A DNA stretch of 64,000 bases from an uncultured virus (IMG/VR IMGVR_UViG_2690315748_000003) (lineage: Duplodnaviria > Heunggongvirae > Uroviricota > Caudoviricetes). Shown one piece after another: positions 1 through 10,055 of this stretch. The stretch spans positions 1 through 64,000 of IMG/VR virus record IMGVR_UViG_2690315748_000003; one strand, given 5' to 3'. The position numbers were made by a program, and so were the translations under genes. Each line of letters begins with the position of its first letter. The first letter of the stretch is position 1. The notes under the pieces are model-generated. The model was not told the DNA's origin, ran no database searches, and saw nothing but the letters and a program-made list of their open reading frames with translations.

Positions 1-1224
1 CTAATTGTTGATTGCCCATTCAAAATCGTCAGCGATCTTGATTTGGCGGTTCTTTGTGACGTGGAGATAGATCAGTTCTGTAACTTTAGAATTGCTCTTA
101 TGCCCGATTCGTGCCTGAATTTCCGGCAATCCAACTCGTGGATTAGAAGCAAGTAACGATACATGGGTATGGCGTAAACTATGTGGAGTAAGATTGGTTG
201 GCAATTCAGCATTCGCAAGAACCTTCTTCATATAGTCTCCCACCCTTGTGACTTGAACTGGATATCCAGGATAAGACGGACACCAAAAAACAAAATTATC
301 CTTTGGGTTAAACTTTTTGGCAGAAAGGCGTTCATCCTTTTGCGATTCCTTCAATAATCCGAGAGCCTTGGCTACAGTATCTCCAAAGCTTACAATGCGT
401 TCGCTTTGTTCATTCTTTGGAGGAATAAAGGAATACTTAAGAACGCTTGTACCGTAAAGCTGTTTGTTTACATCAATCGTTCGTGCATCAAAATCAATAT
501 CGTCCCATTGAAGTCCTGCTGCTTCACTGATTCGTAAGCCTGTGTAGGCTAGTACAATGAAAAAAGCCCACATATTGGTTGTAAGCATAAATCTGGCTAA
601 TTGTAGAAATTTTTTTAGTTCGTCCTTCTCAAGAAATTTGGGGAGGACTTGCCTTTTTTCTCCCGCTTTCCGTGCCTTTTTTTTCTCCTTTGGTATAACT
701 GCATCAGCGGTTGGATCGAACTCGATCAAGCATTTTCGTTTAGCGTGTTCATACATAAGAGATGCTGCTGTGTGTATAGTGGTAATAGTACTGCGGCTCT
801 TACCTTCTTCTTTTAGTTTATAAAGGAAATCCTGATATTGACTCGCGGTCACGTCTGCAAGCGCAAAGCCACCAAATTGCTTCAACAGAACACTTAGCCC
901 ATACACGCGACTTTTGATCGTGTTGCCAGCTGGCTCTCGCTCTATGATATATGCTTTAAGCCAAGTCTGACTCCAAGTCCTTACTGTTAGGTCGTCTGTG
1001 TATTTCAACTTTTTCTGTATCTTTTTCGCCTCGATCAAGATTCCAAAATCAACTGCCTCTTGAATTGTATCAAATCTAGGCGACTCCATTTCTTTACTGC
1101 TTTTCTTCTCCTCCCCATCAATGAATTTGGTAGTGGGAATGTAGTAGCGATAAGTATACTTGCCATCACGTTCCCTTACATTTGTTGGTATCTTCCTTTT
1201 TGTGGAACTTCCTTTCTTTTTCAC
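1..1224 (-). CDS. int: Tyrosine recombinase / phage integrase
   Basis: YTGLRISEA (catalytic R), HSLRHTH, IGH, IYLH motifs. Confidence 0.95.
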   Translation of the reverse strand: MKKKGSSTKRKIPTNVRERDGKYTYRYYIPTTKFIDGEEKKSSKEMESPRFDTIQEAVDFGILIEAKKIQKKLKYTDDLTVRTWSQTWLKAYIIEREPAGNTIKSRVYGLSVLLKQFGGFALADVTASQYQDFLYKLKEEGKSRSTITTIHTAASLMYEHAKRKCLIEFDPTADAVIPKEKKKARKAGEKRQVLPKFLEKDELKKFLQLARFMLTTNMWAFFIVLAYTGLRISEAAGLQWDDIDFDARTIDVNKQLYGTSVLKYSFIPPKNEQSERIVSFGDTVAKALGLLKESQKDERLSAKKFNPKDNFVFWCPSYPGYPVQVTRVGDYMKKVLANAELPTNLTPHSLRHTHVSLLASNPRVGLPEIQARIGHKSNSKVTELIYLHVTKNRQIKIADDFEWAINN

Positions 1225-1254
1225 ATTTTTGACTCCTTTCCTTTAGAAATATAA

Positions 1255-1266
1255 GAACATACGTTC
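1255..1266. promoter_or_regulatory. LexA/DinR SOS box upstream of integrase
   Basis: GAAC-ATAC-GTTC matches Bacillota GAAC-N4-GTTC. Confidence 0.7.
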
Positions 1267-1312
1267 TTTTTGTGGGTATATTTAAACAGCCTTGCAGCTG
1301 GAAAGCACAAAG

Positions 1313-1732
1313 TTATATGTGAAAATTATGAAGTTGTTTCGGAATGCCGCAGCGCAGTAAATAGTCTTCGTGCGTTTCCCCCGGCTCCGGTTCCACGGAA
1401 TATGTCAGTAGTTTTACAGCAAAAAAGTTGGCTTGCCGTTCGTATTTCCCGACTGCAAAAAAGGTGTGCTCATCTAACCAGAATTGGCTTAAACCTGAGT
1501 GTAGACGGTCGTGTCCAAGCTCGTGAGCACATACTACACGCTGCCATTCATCAGACAGACCATTATGGATACAAATAAATCGTCTTCGCAATTTACGGTA
1601 ATACAGACCGCGAGTCCCTTCATCGAATTCCACATGGCGGATTAATATGTTAAGCCCCTTGGCAATGACAAAGGGGTCGTTTGTTTTGAATCGTTTAACA
1701 AGCTTGTGAATAATATCGTCCAAAACATTCAC
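1313..1732 (-). CDS. ImmA/IrrE-family metallopeptidase (anti-repressor)
   Basis: AHELGH (HExxH) and ERQANFFA motifs; next to repressor. Confidence 0.9.
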   Translation of the reverse strand: MNVLDDIIHKLVKRFKTNDPFVIAKGLNILIRHVEFDEGTRGLYYRKLRRRFICIHNGLSDEWQRVVCAHELGHDRLHSGLSQFWLDEHTFFAVGKYERQANFFAVKLLTYSVEPEPGETHEDYLLRCGIPKQLHNFHI

Positions 1733-2161
1733 CTACTCTTTGTCGTCCTTCGAGGCACCTTTCTTCTTTTTTCCATAAGTCTTTTTATTCAGTTCCTTGG
1801 CTTCCCAAAAAAGCCCAGTGAGCATATCCATGACTCTCTGACGCTTCTCTCCCTCAATAGGAACACCGTCAAACAAAATTGGTTGGTCTTCTTCAAGCAT
1901 CTGCTTAAAGTCAGCTACGTCCTTGGATGTCGCCCATTCAGGAATTAACTGCGTATCTTCGCCTTCATCAACAGTAAAATAATCCAAAGGCTTGTTGAAA
2001 TAATTAGCTATTAATTTTAACGAATCTATTTGAGGGTGTTTTGTTTGTCCCGTAAGTATTTTAGTGACACCGGTGTAGGAGACGCCTGTTTCCTTGGCAA
2101 GACGGTATTTAGTAATTCCACGTTCATCCATCAATTCCTGGATTTTATCTGCTAACTCCAC
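1733..2161 (-). CDS. XRE-family prophage repressor (ImmR/CI-like)
   Basis: N-terminal HTH; divergent from cro; GTG start at 2161 with AGGAGG RBS. Confidence 0.9.
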   Translation of the reverse strand: MELADKIQELMDERGITKYRLAKETGVSYTGVTKILTGQTKHPQIDSLKLIANYFNKPLDYFTVDEGEDTQLIPEWATSKDVADFKQMLEEDQPILFDGVPIEGEKRQRVMDMLTGLFWEAKELNKKTYGKKKKGASKDDKE

Positions 2162-2178
2162 AACAGCAATGCCTCCTA

Positions 2179-2328
2179 TATATCTCAATAGTGTTATATC
2201 TCTATGAAGTTATAATAAAACACAAAAGGGAGATAAGTCAAGTATTTCGAAGAGAGCAGGAGAAAAAAGGTCATTATATAACACTATCGGGTTATATCGT
2301 GCGTTGATTATAATCCTATAGAGTTATA
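2179..2328. promoter_or_regulatory. Four 20-bp operators of the lysis/lysogeny switch
   Basis: Copies of TATAACNCTATAGNGTTATA-like palindrome at 2179-2198, 2195-2214, 2277-2296, 2309-2328; the last overlaps TTGATT-17-TAGTAT. Confidence 0.75.
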
Positions 2329-2343
2329 GTATGTGTGTAGGAG

Positions 2344-2553
2344 GTGAACGCAGTGGGACAAGCAATTGAAGAAAATGTGCAGAGGTTAATTGATGCAAAA
2401 GGCTGGACAATCTACCGTCTCTCTAAAGAGAGTGGGGTTGCAGTATCTGCATTGTACAACATAGGGAAGAAAAAGCAAGGTCCATATGCTGAAACGCTAG
2501 TAAAGCTCGCTGATGCTCTTGAATGCACAGTTGATGAATTGGTCAGATGCTAA
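2344..2553 (+). CDS. Cro-like XRE HTH regulator
   Basis: Short HTH similar to the repressor N-terminus (YRLSKESGV), divergent. Confidence 0.85.
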   Translation: MNAVGQAIEENVQRLIDAKGWTIYRLSKESGVAVSALYNIGKKKQGPYAETLVKLADALECTVDELVRC

Positions 2554-2583
2554 AAAAATAATATTGCTACAGGAGGGTGAGCT

Positions 2584-2775
2584 TTGACGAATGTTGATTT
2601 AAAGCCAACGTTGAATGTTATTGACGCTGCAAATTATCTAAATGTCAGCAAATATACTGTGATCAATCGTATCAAACAAGGTAAGTTAAAAGCCTATAAA
2701 CAAGGTCGGGTATGGAAAATTAAAAGAGAATGGCTTCTTGAATATGAAAATGATCTACTCAAACAAATCGCATAA
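2584..2775 (+). CDS. Excisionase-like HTH protein
   Basis: AANYLNVSKYTV..IKQGKLKAYKQGRVWKI pattern. Confidence 0.8.
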   Translation: MTNVDLKPTLNVIDAANYLNVSKYTVINRIKQGKLKAYKQGRVWKIKREWLLEYENDLLKQIA

Positions 2776-2792
2776 ACGAGAGGAGACTTATC

Positions 2793-3914
2793 TTGCAAAT
2801 TGACATCAACAAAATCAAAGTCAATGACCGAATCCGAAAAGACTTTGGTGGAATTGAAGAACTGGCCCGAGATATAGAACAAAATGGACTCATTAATCCT
2901 ATTGTAGTAACACCGGATTTTCAGTTAATTGCTGGAGAGCGGCGACTAAGAGCACATCAGTTTCTAGGTCGGAAAGAAGTAACGGTCAGAGTCATGGAAA
3001 TAAAGGATTTTGAACATCAACTACAGCTTGAGATCAGCGAAAACGAACATCGCAAGGAATTCACGTTTAGCGAGCGAGTCGAGTGGGCGCGGAGATTGGA
3101 GGAGGTTGAACGTCTAAAGGCCAGAGAACGGATGGTTGGCGGCAAGGAAAATTTACCTGACCAACCAACCGGACAAGTACGGGACATTGTAGCGGATCAA
3201 GCAGGCTTTGGTTCCGGTAGGCAGTATGACAAAGCGAAGTTTATTGCGGAAAATGCTACTCCTGAAATCATTCAACAGCTTGATGAAGGTTTGATCAGCA
3301 CTCATAGGGCATTTGTAGAAACCAAAGCTCGGCTCGAAGCTGCTGTGCGTGAGGCAGAGGAAAGAGCAGAGCAGGCAGAGCGGGACAAGCTTGAGTTACA
3401 AAGACAGTACAAAGATGCCATTCCTGCTGATCAACTTGAAGATGCAGTATCTGCTGCTGTAGAGCGTCATGAGGAAGAAACGGGCATTTTCATTCGTCAA
3501 AAGGAAAAAGAGGCAGAAGCACAGCTCAAGCAACGCGATGAATATTGGAAAAACAAACTCAATGATGATTTGGAAAAAGAACGTTTAAAAGTTGAACAAT
3601 TGAAGAGTGGCTACCAAAGAGCTAAAGAAGAACTTGAGAGTATCAAACTCCAGAAGCCAGACGACTTCAACGAACAGGAGGCCGCTGCTCAAATGAAGAA
3701 GCTTCGCTTTGAAGCGGACAGCAACACGATCCAAGTGAGTATCCATGTGAAACAGTTTCTGCAAAAGGTTGGAATTACTTCGTTCATGTTGGGGGCAATA
3801 GGCAGTGCAAGTAGCTCTGAAAAGAAACGGTTGTCTGAAAGTTTGGATATGTTGGAAGCCTTCATTGAACAACTTCGTCCAGCCGTTAACGGTAGAAAGG
3901 TGGTAGAAAAATGA
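2793..3914 (+). CDS. ParB N-terminal domain protein with HTH and coiled coil
   Basis: GLINPIVV, LIAGERRLRA, ISENEHR ParB motifs. Confidence 0.85.
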   Translation: MQIDINKIKVNDRIRKDFGGIEELARDIEQNGLINPIVVTPDFQLIAGERRLRAHQFLGRKEVTVRVMEIKDFEHQLQLEISENEHRKEFTFSERVEWARRLEEVERLKARERMVGGKENLPDQPTGQVRDIVADQAGFGSGRQYDKAKFIAENATPEIIQQLDEGLISTHRAFVETKARLEAAVREAEERAEQAERDKLELQRQYKDAIPADQLEDAVSAAVERHEEETGIFIRQKEKEAEAQLKQRDEYWKNKLNDDLEKERLKVEQLKSGYQRAKEELESIKLQKPDDFNEQEAAAQMKKLRFEADSNTIQVSIHVKQFLQKVGITSFMLGAIGSASSSEKKRLSESLDMLEAFIEQLRPAVNGRKVVEK

Positions 3915-4342
3915 CACTAATTAATCCTAATCAGCAGCCAGATTTTTTGTCTGTAGTTGAAAAGCAAATGCAACTGACAGAAGCCCAAGGCATGGCAATT
4001 AGAGGCCTCGTAGACGGTATTAAGCAAATGCATTTGGATGTAACTGAAAAAGTGGAAGAAGTTCAGATGATGGTTCAAGAGGTTCGGGACAGTGTAACGC
4101 TGACGGATGCTGAATGCTATCAGTTACAGGATGCAGTAAGAATTAGGTCCATTACTCTCACAAAAGATCGTTACAAGGAGACAGATGGAAAATTTAACGA
4201 AACGGTCGGAAAATATCGCCGCATGATTTGGAGTAAGTTGAAAGTTTTGTTCTCAGTCGCGAAGTACAGTCACATCCGGCGCATTGATTTTGATGATTCC
4301 ATTTACTTCGTTAAAGACTTTCGTCCAGAAGACTATATCTAA
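3911..4342 (+). CDS. ORF6C-like phage regulatory protein
   Basis: C-terminal LKVLFSVAKYSHIRRIDFD pattern. Confidence 0.6.
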   Translation: MTLINPNQQPDFLSVVEKQMQLTEAQGMAIRGLVDGIKQMHLDVTEKVEEVQMMVQEVRDSVTLTDAECYQLQDAVRIRSITLTKDRYKETDGKFNETVGKYRRMIWSKLKVLFSVAKYSHIRRIDFDDSIYFVKDFRPEDYI

Positions 4343-4349
4343 GGGGTGA

Positions 4350-4451
4350 ATGATTATGACTCTACCGGAATTGGCTCGTATCTGGTTCGAAAACGAATTA
4401 CAGCATGCCATTATCGTTCGTAATATACAACGCAAGAGCAAGTCAAAATGA
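4350..4451 (+). CDS. Small hypothetical protein (33 aa, not in ORF track)
   Basis: AAGGGG RBS; MIMTLPELARIWFENELQHAIIVRNIQRKSKSK; ATGA overlap with next gene. Confidence 0.5.
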   Translation: MIMTLPELARIWFENELQHAIIVRNIQRKSKSK

Positions 4452-4816
4452 GTAGCAAAATGCAAACCATTTACTCTATTCCTATTGTGGATGATGAAGG
4501 CTTCAAATTTACATTGGATCAACCAGCAGACTCGCTTATAGCCGCTGTATTACTCATGCATCGTTGGTTGAATTGTCAACATTCGGTAGATATTGAGATG
4601 CTACAGCTGACAGAGCAGGATAAGAAAAAGCTTTCTCTTCAAAAGGAAAAAGAAATAACTGAACAAAAGCTTCGGGCCATTTATAAAACTCAATATGCTA
4701 TTACAGATAGTCCATGGCCTAATCACGTTTGTATTCAGAAGATGAAACCTTTGAAGGAACAAGCAAGGCAATTGAAGGCTAAAATATCCGAACTTGAGGC
4801 GGAGATATGGAGCTGA
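4448..4816 (+). CDS. Hypothetical phage protein
   Basis: Coupled ORF in early operon. Confidence 0.6.
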   Translation: MSSKMQTIYSIPIVDDEGFKFTLDQPADSLIAAVLLMHRWLNCQHSVDIEMLQLTEQDKKKLSLQKEKEITEQKLRAIYKTQYAITDSPWPNHVCIQKMKPLKEQARQLKAKISELEAEIWS

Positions 4817-5208
4817 GAGAGTTGGAAGATCATAAACGATCTAGAGTGCTTAGAGCGCAATTACGTGAGTTATATGAGGACAGCATTGACGCTGTCAAAT
4901 TCGGATTACCGACTGACGAAATTCATGCTCAAATAGATTTGCTTACTGCTGAATTAAGTGAACTTGAGGAATTTAAAAATGAAGAATATGAAGGGCTAGA
5001 GGCTCCTAAGTCATCAGGATACAAGATATCTGGTAAAAAAATAGGATGCTGCAAGCATTGTGAAAAAGAAGTCTTTGAAGGACAAAAAATTCCTAATCCA
5101 AAAGAAGAAGGACTTTTCTGTAATTACTATTGCCGTAAGTTATACCGCAAAAGAAACGACAGAGAAGCCCAGAAAAACAACCGTGCTACCAACACGATCA
5201 CTTTATAA
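4807..5208 (+). CDS. Hypothetical protein with Cys cluster
   Basis: CKHC..FCNYYC; GGAG RBS. Confidence 0.6.
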   Translation: MELRELEDHKRSRVLRAQLRELYEDSIDAVKFGLPTDEIHAQIDLLTAELSELEEFKNEEYEGLEAPKSSGYKISGKKIGCCKHCEKEVFEGQKIPNPKEEGLFCNYYCRKLYRKRNDREAQKNNRATNTITL

Positions 5209-5265
5209 ACATTTCAACGGCAGTATATCACGTATTTTAAAAATTGAAAATAGGAGCGTAATAAT

Positions 5266-5964
5266 ATGAATTTAAATAATTTGGTAAATGATGCGATGCA
5301 AACTATTCAAAAAGACGGGTTTGTTGAGCAGGTCATTAAAAAGCAACTTGAGACTACTATCAAAAAAGTGGTAGAAGAGTATTTTGGCACTTACGGAGAT
5401 TTTCGTAAAGAGCTAGAAAATCACGTAAAAGAGCAGTTGCAAATTGATATGAAAAAATTGGGTATCGGCGGATACAATCTTATGGTTTTGAATGAAGTTA
5501 AATCTCAGTTGAATGCCGCTCTCCATATTCAAGGTGTTCAAAAAATTAAAGAAAACATTGAACAAATGCTTGTTGGTATTAAACCTGAATACAAGTTGTC
5601 TGAATTGATTGAAGCAATGAAGAAAGATGAGAATGATCACCATGAACGAGATGGTGAAAAAATATCTTTCATTTTGGAAGGCGAGGAGGATGGGTATCGT
5701 CACATCTATTTTGATCCAGAAAGCGAAAGTAGAGATTCGTGGGGTTCTGAAAAATCAAAGTACAGATACAAATATCAACTCCACTTGGACAAAGAATGAC
5801 ACGTCTATGACTCTAAAATTGATGGTCAAAACCTTTCCAATAACAAAGATATTATGACATCGTTCTACCATTTTGAAAAGTTGATGTTCCAAATTTTTGC
5901 GACTGGAGCCAAGGTTATCGTGGATGAAGACGAAGTTGATACTTATTACGGCGAAGAATATTAA
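5266..5964 (+). pseudogene. Phage protein interrupted by in-frame TGA at 5797-5799
   Basis: Frame stays open for 54 codons after the TGA, to TAA at 5962-5964. Confidence 0.6.
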
Positions 5965-5978
5965 TTGAGGGTTAAGGA

Positions 5979-6386
5979 GTGGCTGCATTGTCTCTACAAA
6001 AACAATATACGCTCGGAGAGCTTTATAGTCTTGCGGATCAATGCAGTCATGATTACCCTGCTACCCTGGCTCGCAAGATTGAATTGTTGACCGAAGTCCA
6101 GATTCTCCTAGGGCGCAAGTCAGCTGAGGCCGTAAGGGATTATAAGAAGAAATATGCTGAGAGGAAACGCGTTTATGCTGAAGCGTATATTGCAGCAAAG
6201 AACCTAAGGGAGCAGCGTGCGGAATTGGCGGTAATTGAACTTCGCGTCCAAGAAGCAGATGCAGAAGCTGATAAGGTCCGCTGGAGTAATGCTGTAGAAA
6301 GTAATGACCAGGTAATAAACTCTTTAAAATACAGTCTAAAGGTGTTGCTGGCGGAGTATGGAAGCTCCGCCAGCGGGATTAGATAA
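5979..6386 (+). CDS. Hypothetical coiled-coil protein
   Basis: ORF in early operon. Confidence 0.6.
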   Translation: MAALSLQKQYTLGELYSLADQCSHDYPATLARKIELLTEVQILLGRKSAEAVRDYKKKYAERKRVYAEAYIAAKNLREQRAELAVIELRVQEADAEADKVRWSNAVESNDQVINSLKYSLKVLLAEYGSSASGIR

Positions 6387-6394
6387 TATCCGGG

Positions 6395-6835
6395 GTGAGT
6401 GAAATGGACAAAAATAGTATTTGCTTGTGGTGTGAACATACTTCTGAGGATGTAAACCACATAAGATTCGTAGACTTTACGGGTACAGGATATGGAATTT
6501 GCCAGCTGTGCTACTGGAGGTTAGAGGACGATGGTTTTATGGAACCTAACCCTCGTAGAAGACCTGTAAACATAATAAAAAAGATACCTGTTTATTCTAA
6601 AGCTTTGATTCCTAAGGAAATGAGGAAATTGGTACTAGAAAGAGATTGTTACAAATGCCAATATTGCGGGAGAGAAAAGGGACTAACCATCGACCATGTG
6701 ATTCCTGAATCAAAGGGCGGACCGACTGAGCTTCATAACCTGATAGTTGCTTGTAAATCATGCAATTCCAAGAAGGGCGTTAAAGATGCTGAAAATATGA
6801 GAACTGCTATTCAGAGGATTGATACAGATGGCTGA
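6395..6835 (+). CDS. HNH endonuclease
   Basis: CQYCG..TIDHVIPESKGG..NLIVACKSCNSKKG. Confidence 0.9.
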   Translation: MSEMDKNSICLWCEHTSEDVNHIRFVDFTGTGYGICQLCYWRLEDDGFMEPNPRRRPVNIIKKIPVYSKALIPKEMRKLVLERDCYKCQYCGREKGLTIDHVIPESKGGPTELHNLIVACKSCNSKKGVKDAENMRTAIQRIDTDG

Positions 6836-7844
6836 GATTAAATGGATTAAGCTCAGCACCGGCATGTTTGACGACGAAAAAATAAAAATCATTGAAGATA
6901 TGCCCGAAGCTGACACGATCATTGTTATATGGCTCAAGCTAATGACTATGACTGGCAGATCCAACATGGGCGGTTACATCATGCTAACCGAAACTATTCC
7001 ATACACAGAGGACATGTTGATTTCAGTGATCAAGAGGCCGCTGCCAGTTATAAAAATGGCTCTATCCATCTTTGAAAGATTTGGGATGCTAGAAGTATCT
7101 GAGCAAGGAGCTTTCTTTCTACCTAACTGGGAGAAGCATCAGAATGTAGACGGGATGGAGAAGGTCAGGGAACAAACTAAAAAGAGGGTTCAGAAATACC
7201 GCGATAAGCAGAAGCAGTTTGGTTCAGGTGAAGCGAATTACCATGTTACAGGAAACGCTACTAGTAACGTTACAGTAACGGTCGGTAACGAAACAGATAA
7301 AGAATTAGATTTAGAACTAGAAAAAGAAAGTTGTTGTTGCTTAACTCCCGAAACTGAAATCAAATCCGAAGATGAGGGGATACCGTCTTCCCGACAGGAT
7401 ACCGTTCCTGTCACTCCTGAAACAGATGCCGACTCTGGACAGGATGAAATATCATCTGCGGATATGGATTATCGCAACGCTGTTGCTACCAAATACCTTC
7501 AGCGTAGGGGGAAAGGGTTAATGATCAGCTTGAAAGATGAGTCTGTTATAAGCAAGTACATCGCTGACAATATACCGCTCAAAACGGCGCTTGACGGAAT
7601 CGACAAAGCTTTCGATGATTTCAAACCAAGTCCAAAGAACAAGTATGACGGTATAAAGAGTCTAAATTATTGTACAGACCTCATTTATGCACTTCATGCC
7701 AGTCGGGATACTGCGATGGAAAGCAAGAAGTCCATCGAGACAGAAGTTCAAGGACAATCCGATCAGACTGAACTGGTAAGCGAATATACCAAATCTGACA
7801 TCCAAAGCATGCTTGCAAAACTGAGGGCTAAACAGGGAGGTTGA
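6828..7844 (+). CDS. Phage replisome organiser / replication initiator
   Basis: N-terminal WIKLSTGMFDDEKIKII and NWEKHQNVDGMEK motifs. Confidence 0.9.
   Translation: MAEIKWIKLSTGMFDDEKIKIIEDMPEADTIIVIWLKLMTMTGRSNMGGYIMLTETIPYTEDMLISVIKRPLPVIKMALSIFERFGMLEVSEQGAFFLPNWEKHQNVDGMEKVREQTKKRVQKYRDKQKQFGSGEANYHVTGNATSNVTVTVGNETDKELDLELEKESCCCLTPETEIKSEDEGIPSSRQDTVPVTPETDADSGQDEISSADMDYRNAVATKYLQRRGKGLMISLKDESVISKYIADNIPLKTALDGIDKAFDDFKPSPKNKYDGIKSLNYCTDLIYALHASRDTAMESKKSIETEVQGQSDQTELVSEYTKSDIQSMLAKLRAKQGG
7242..7295. repeat. Iteron-like repeats, probable replication origin
   Basis: G(T/A)AACG at 7252, 7264, 7275, 7285 (about one helical turn apart) inside the initiator gene. Confidence 0.6.
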
Positions 7845-7850
7845 TGCCAT

Positions 7851-8807
7851 ATGGAGAGCTTCGGTAAAGAACTAAAGGCATTAATACCCGCTGGTTTTGC
7901 TAAAAGACAGGCTGCGGCGCTTGAACATCTTGCAAACCACCCTGAGGTTCAGCGATTAAAGAATGAATTTCCTGAACAAACCGAGGATCTGACCGAACCA
8001 AAAAGATATAGAGATCTGTCACAGCATATATCCTATTGCGATAAATGCAGCGAGTGTCCGGGTTTACTGGATTGCCAGAACGAACAGAAGGGGCATACAA
8101 GCGTTGCAGAACCTAGCCCGACCAAAGGTGATGAACTGGTCTTTCGACTTCGAAAATGCCCATTGTTGGCTGCTTACGAAAGGGAACAAGGGATAGGTCA
8201 GAGGATCAAGAGCCACTACATCCCGGCTCACATCCTGAATGCCACCTTTGAAGACATTGAACCTGACCCGCAGCGGATATCTGCAATTGCGGCGGCAATA
8301 AACTTTTGTGATGAATTTGTACCAGGTGAAACAACAAAAGGTTTGTACTTTTACGGTCAAATGGGTGTAGGCAAAAGTCGTATTGTTGGAGCCATTGCCC
8401 AAGAGTTGGCTAAGCGTGACGTAAGCGTACTGATGGTCTATGTTCCTGATTTTCTACTGGAGGTCAAGGATGCAATTGGCTCAAATACAGAGACTGTTGA
8501 AAGCAAACTTGATGCTTTGAGAACTGTTCCTGTGTTGATATTGGACGATATCGGGGCCGAGTCATTAACGACTTGGACAAGGGATGAAGTCCTGGGACCA
8601 ATACTTCAACGGCGGATGGAACGCCTAACGACGATCTACACATCGAATTTAACCATGAGTGAGCTGAAACAGCATTTGGTGAATGTGAAAGACAGCAAGC
8701 CGAGCGAACAGAAACAGAATGACAAAAAAGCGGCCCGGATCTTTGAGCGAATAGAACCATTTGTAAAGATACTGCCGGTGGGTGGTAGAAATAGACGGAG
8801 GGATTAA
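7851..8807 (+). CDS. dnaI: DnaI/DnaC-type helicase loader
   Basis: Zn-binding Cys N-terminus, GQMGVGKS Walker A, LILDDIGAE, YTSNL. Confidence 0.9.
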   Translation: MESFGKELKALIPAGFAKRQAAALEHLANHPEVQRLKNEFPEQTEDLTEPKRYRDLSQHISYCDKCSECPGLLDCQNEQKGHTSVAEPSPTKGDELVFRLRKCPLLAAYEREQGIGQRIKSHYIPAHILNATFEDIEPDPQRISAIAAAINFCDEFVPGETTKGLYFYGQMGVGKSRIVGAIAQELAKRDVSVLMVYVPDFLLEVKDAIGSNTETVESKLDALRTVPVLILDDIGAESLTTWTRDEVLGPILQRRMERLTTIYTSNLTMSELKQHLVNVKDSKPSEQKQNDKKAARIFERIEPFVKILPVGGRNRRRD

Positions 8808-8811
8808 CGGT

Positions 8812-8970
8812 ATGTGTAGAGCATGCGAAGACACAAAGGTTGCATACAGTTTCATTGGCTCCATGATGATACTAGGTCCATGCCCAGAATGTAACCCAAA
8901 TGCCAAGAAGGACACGGTAAAGGAGGACGGACCATATGAATATAGTAGTGGACAGCGCTCTATTAGCTGA
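8812..8970 (+). CDS. Small Zn-finger protein
   Basis: CRAC...CPEC; GGAGG RBS. Confidence 0.55.
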   Translation: MCRACEDTKVAYSFIGSMMILGPCPECNPNAKKDTVKEDGPYEYSSGQRSIS

Positions 8971-10054
8971 GGCTTTAGAAGATGCCAGTAAGGCGATTTC
9001 AACAAAAGTAATAATCCCTATATTGAGCTGTTTTTTGATCGAAGCCACGAAGGACAGGCTTACTGTTACTGGTACCGATGACCGAGCAACTATTCAATCC
9101 TATGTTGAGGAAAACATAGACATCAAAGAGACTGGTTCGGCTGCTCTGCCCAAAGTTCTATTAGATATTCTCCAGAAGATCAATGGGAAAATAGAACTGC
9201 AAGTTAAAAATGGGAATCAAGTCACCATAAAGTCACGGAATAAGGAAATTGAGATTACTGGAATGCCTCCAGAAGAATATCCTGCTCCTCCAGAGATAAA
9301 TGAAAATGAGTTTGTTGAGATTAAGGGAAAAGACTTAAAAAATTTGATCAAAAAAACAGTTTTCGCGGCTGATATAGACGGAAAATCACACCCTATCATT
9401 ACAGGGGTAAACGTTATCCTTCAGAGCGGGAAAATTCAAATGGTGGCAACGAACCGACACCGATTGGCCCGTGCTGAGAGAGAATTTGATATTGGAAATA
9501 TCGGCACGGCTGTTATTGAAGCTAGAGGAATAATTGAGTTACAGAAGATCGTAAATGACAACGATGAAGTAGAATTCGGTTTTTCCAAGTCTTCTGGCGG
9601 AGAAGTAATATATGCGTTCGCACGAACAGAAAGATTTATATTTTATTCTCGTGTTCTAGAAGGGATTTACCCTGATACAACCCATGCTATGGCTATTAAA
9701 GCAGTTACCGAAATACAAGTGAATCGGAAAGAACTGATTGAATCATTGGAGCTTATTTTTACATTAGCGAAAGAAGAAAAAAACAACGCTGTTACACTCT
9801 CAGTTACAGAAAAAGAAATTAACATTCGAGGTAAGGGAAAGGAAACGGGTAAGGCAACAGAAAGCATAACACCAATCAGTTTCAACGGAGAAAATTTCAA
9901 CCTGACGTTGAATGCAAAATATGTGCTGGATGCATTGAAGGTCTTAGAAAACGATGTAATTACACTCGGGTACACTGGTTCTTTAAAGCCTCTCACTCTT
10001 CGGAGTGACGAGTCCAGTTTCTACATTGTTCTTCCTTATAGGGTGGCTGGATAA
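8936..10054 (+). CDS. dnaN: DNA polymerase III beta sliding clamp
   Basis: 372 aa; IPILSCFLI, VATNRHRLA, SRVLEGIYPD, LNAKYVLDALK, IVLPYR. Confidence 0.9.
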   Translation: MNIVVDSALLAEALEDASKAISTKVIIPILSCFLIEATKDRLTVTGTDDRATIQSYVEENIDIKETGSAALPKVLLDILQKINGKIELQVKNGNQVTIKSRNKEIEITGMPPEEYPAPPEINENEFVEIKGKDLKNLIKKTVFAADIDGKSHPIITGVNVILQSGKIQMVATNRHRLARAEREFDIGNIGTAVIEARGIIELQKIVNDNDEVEFGFSKSSGGEVIYAFARTERFIFYSRVLEGIYPDTTHAMAIKAVTEIQVNRKELIESLELIFTLAKEEKNNAVTLSVTEKEINIRGKGKETGKATESITPISFNGENFNLTLNAKYVLDALKVLENDVITLGYTGSLKPLTLRSDESSFYIVLPYRVAG

Positions 10055-10055
10055 G

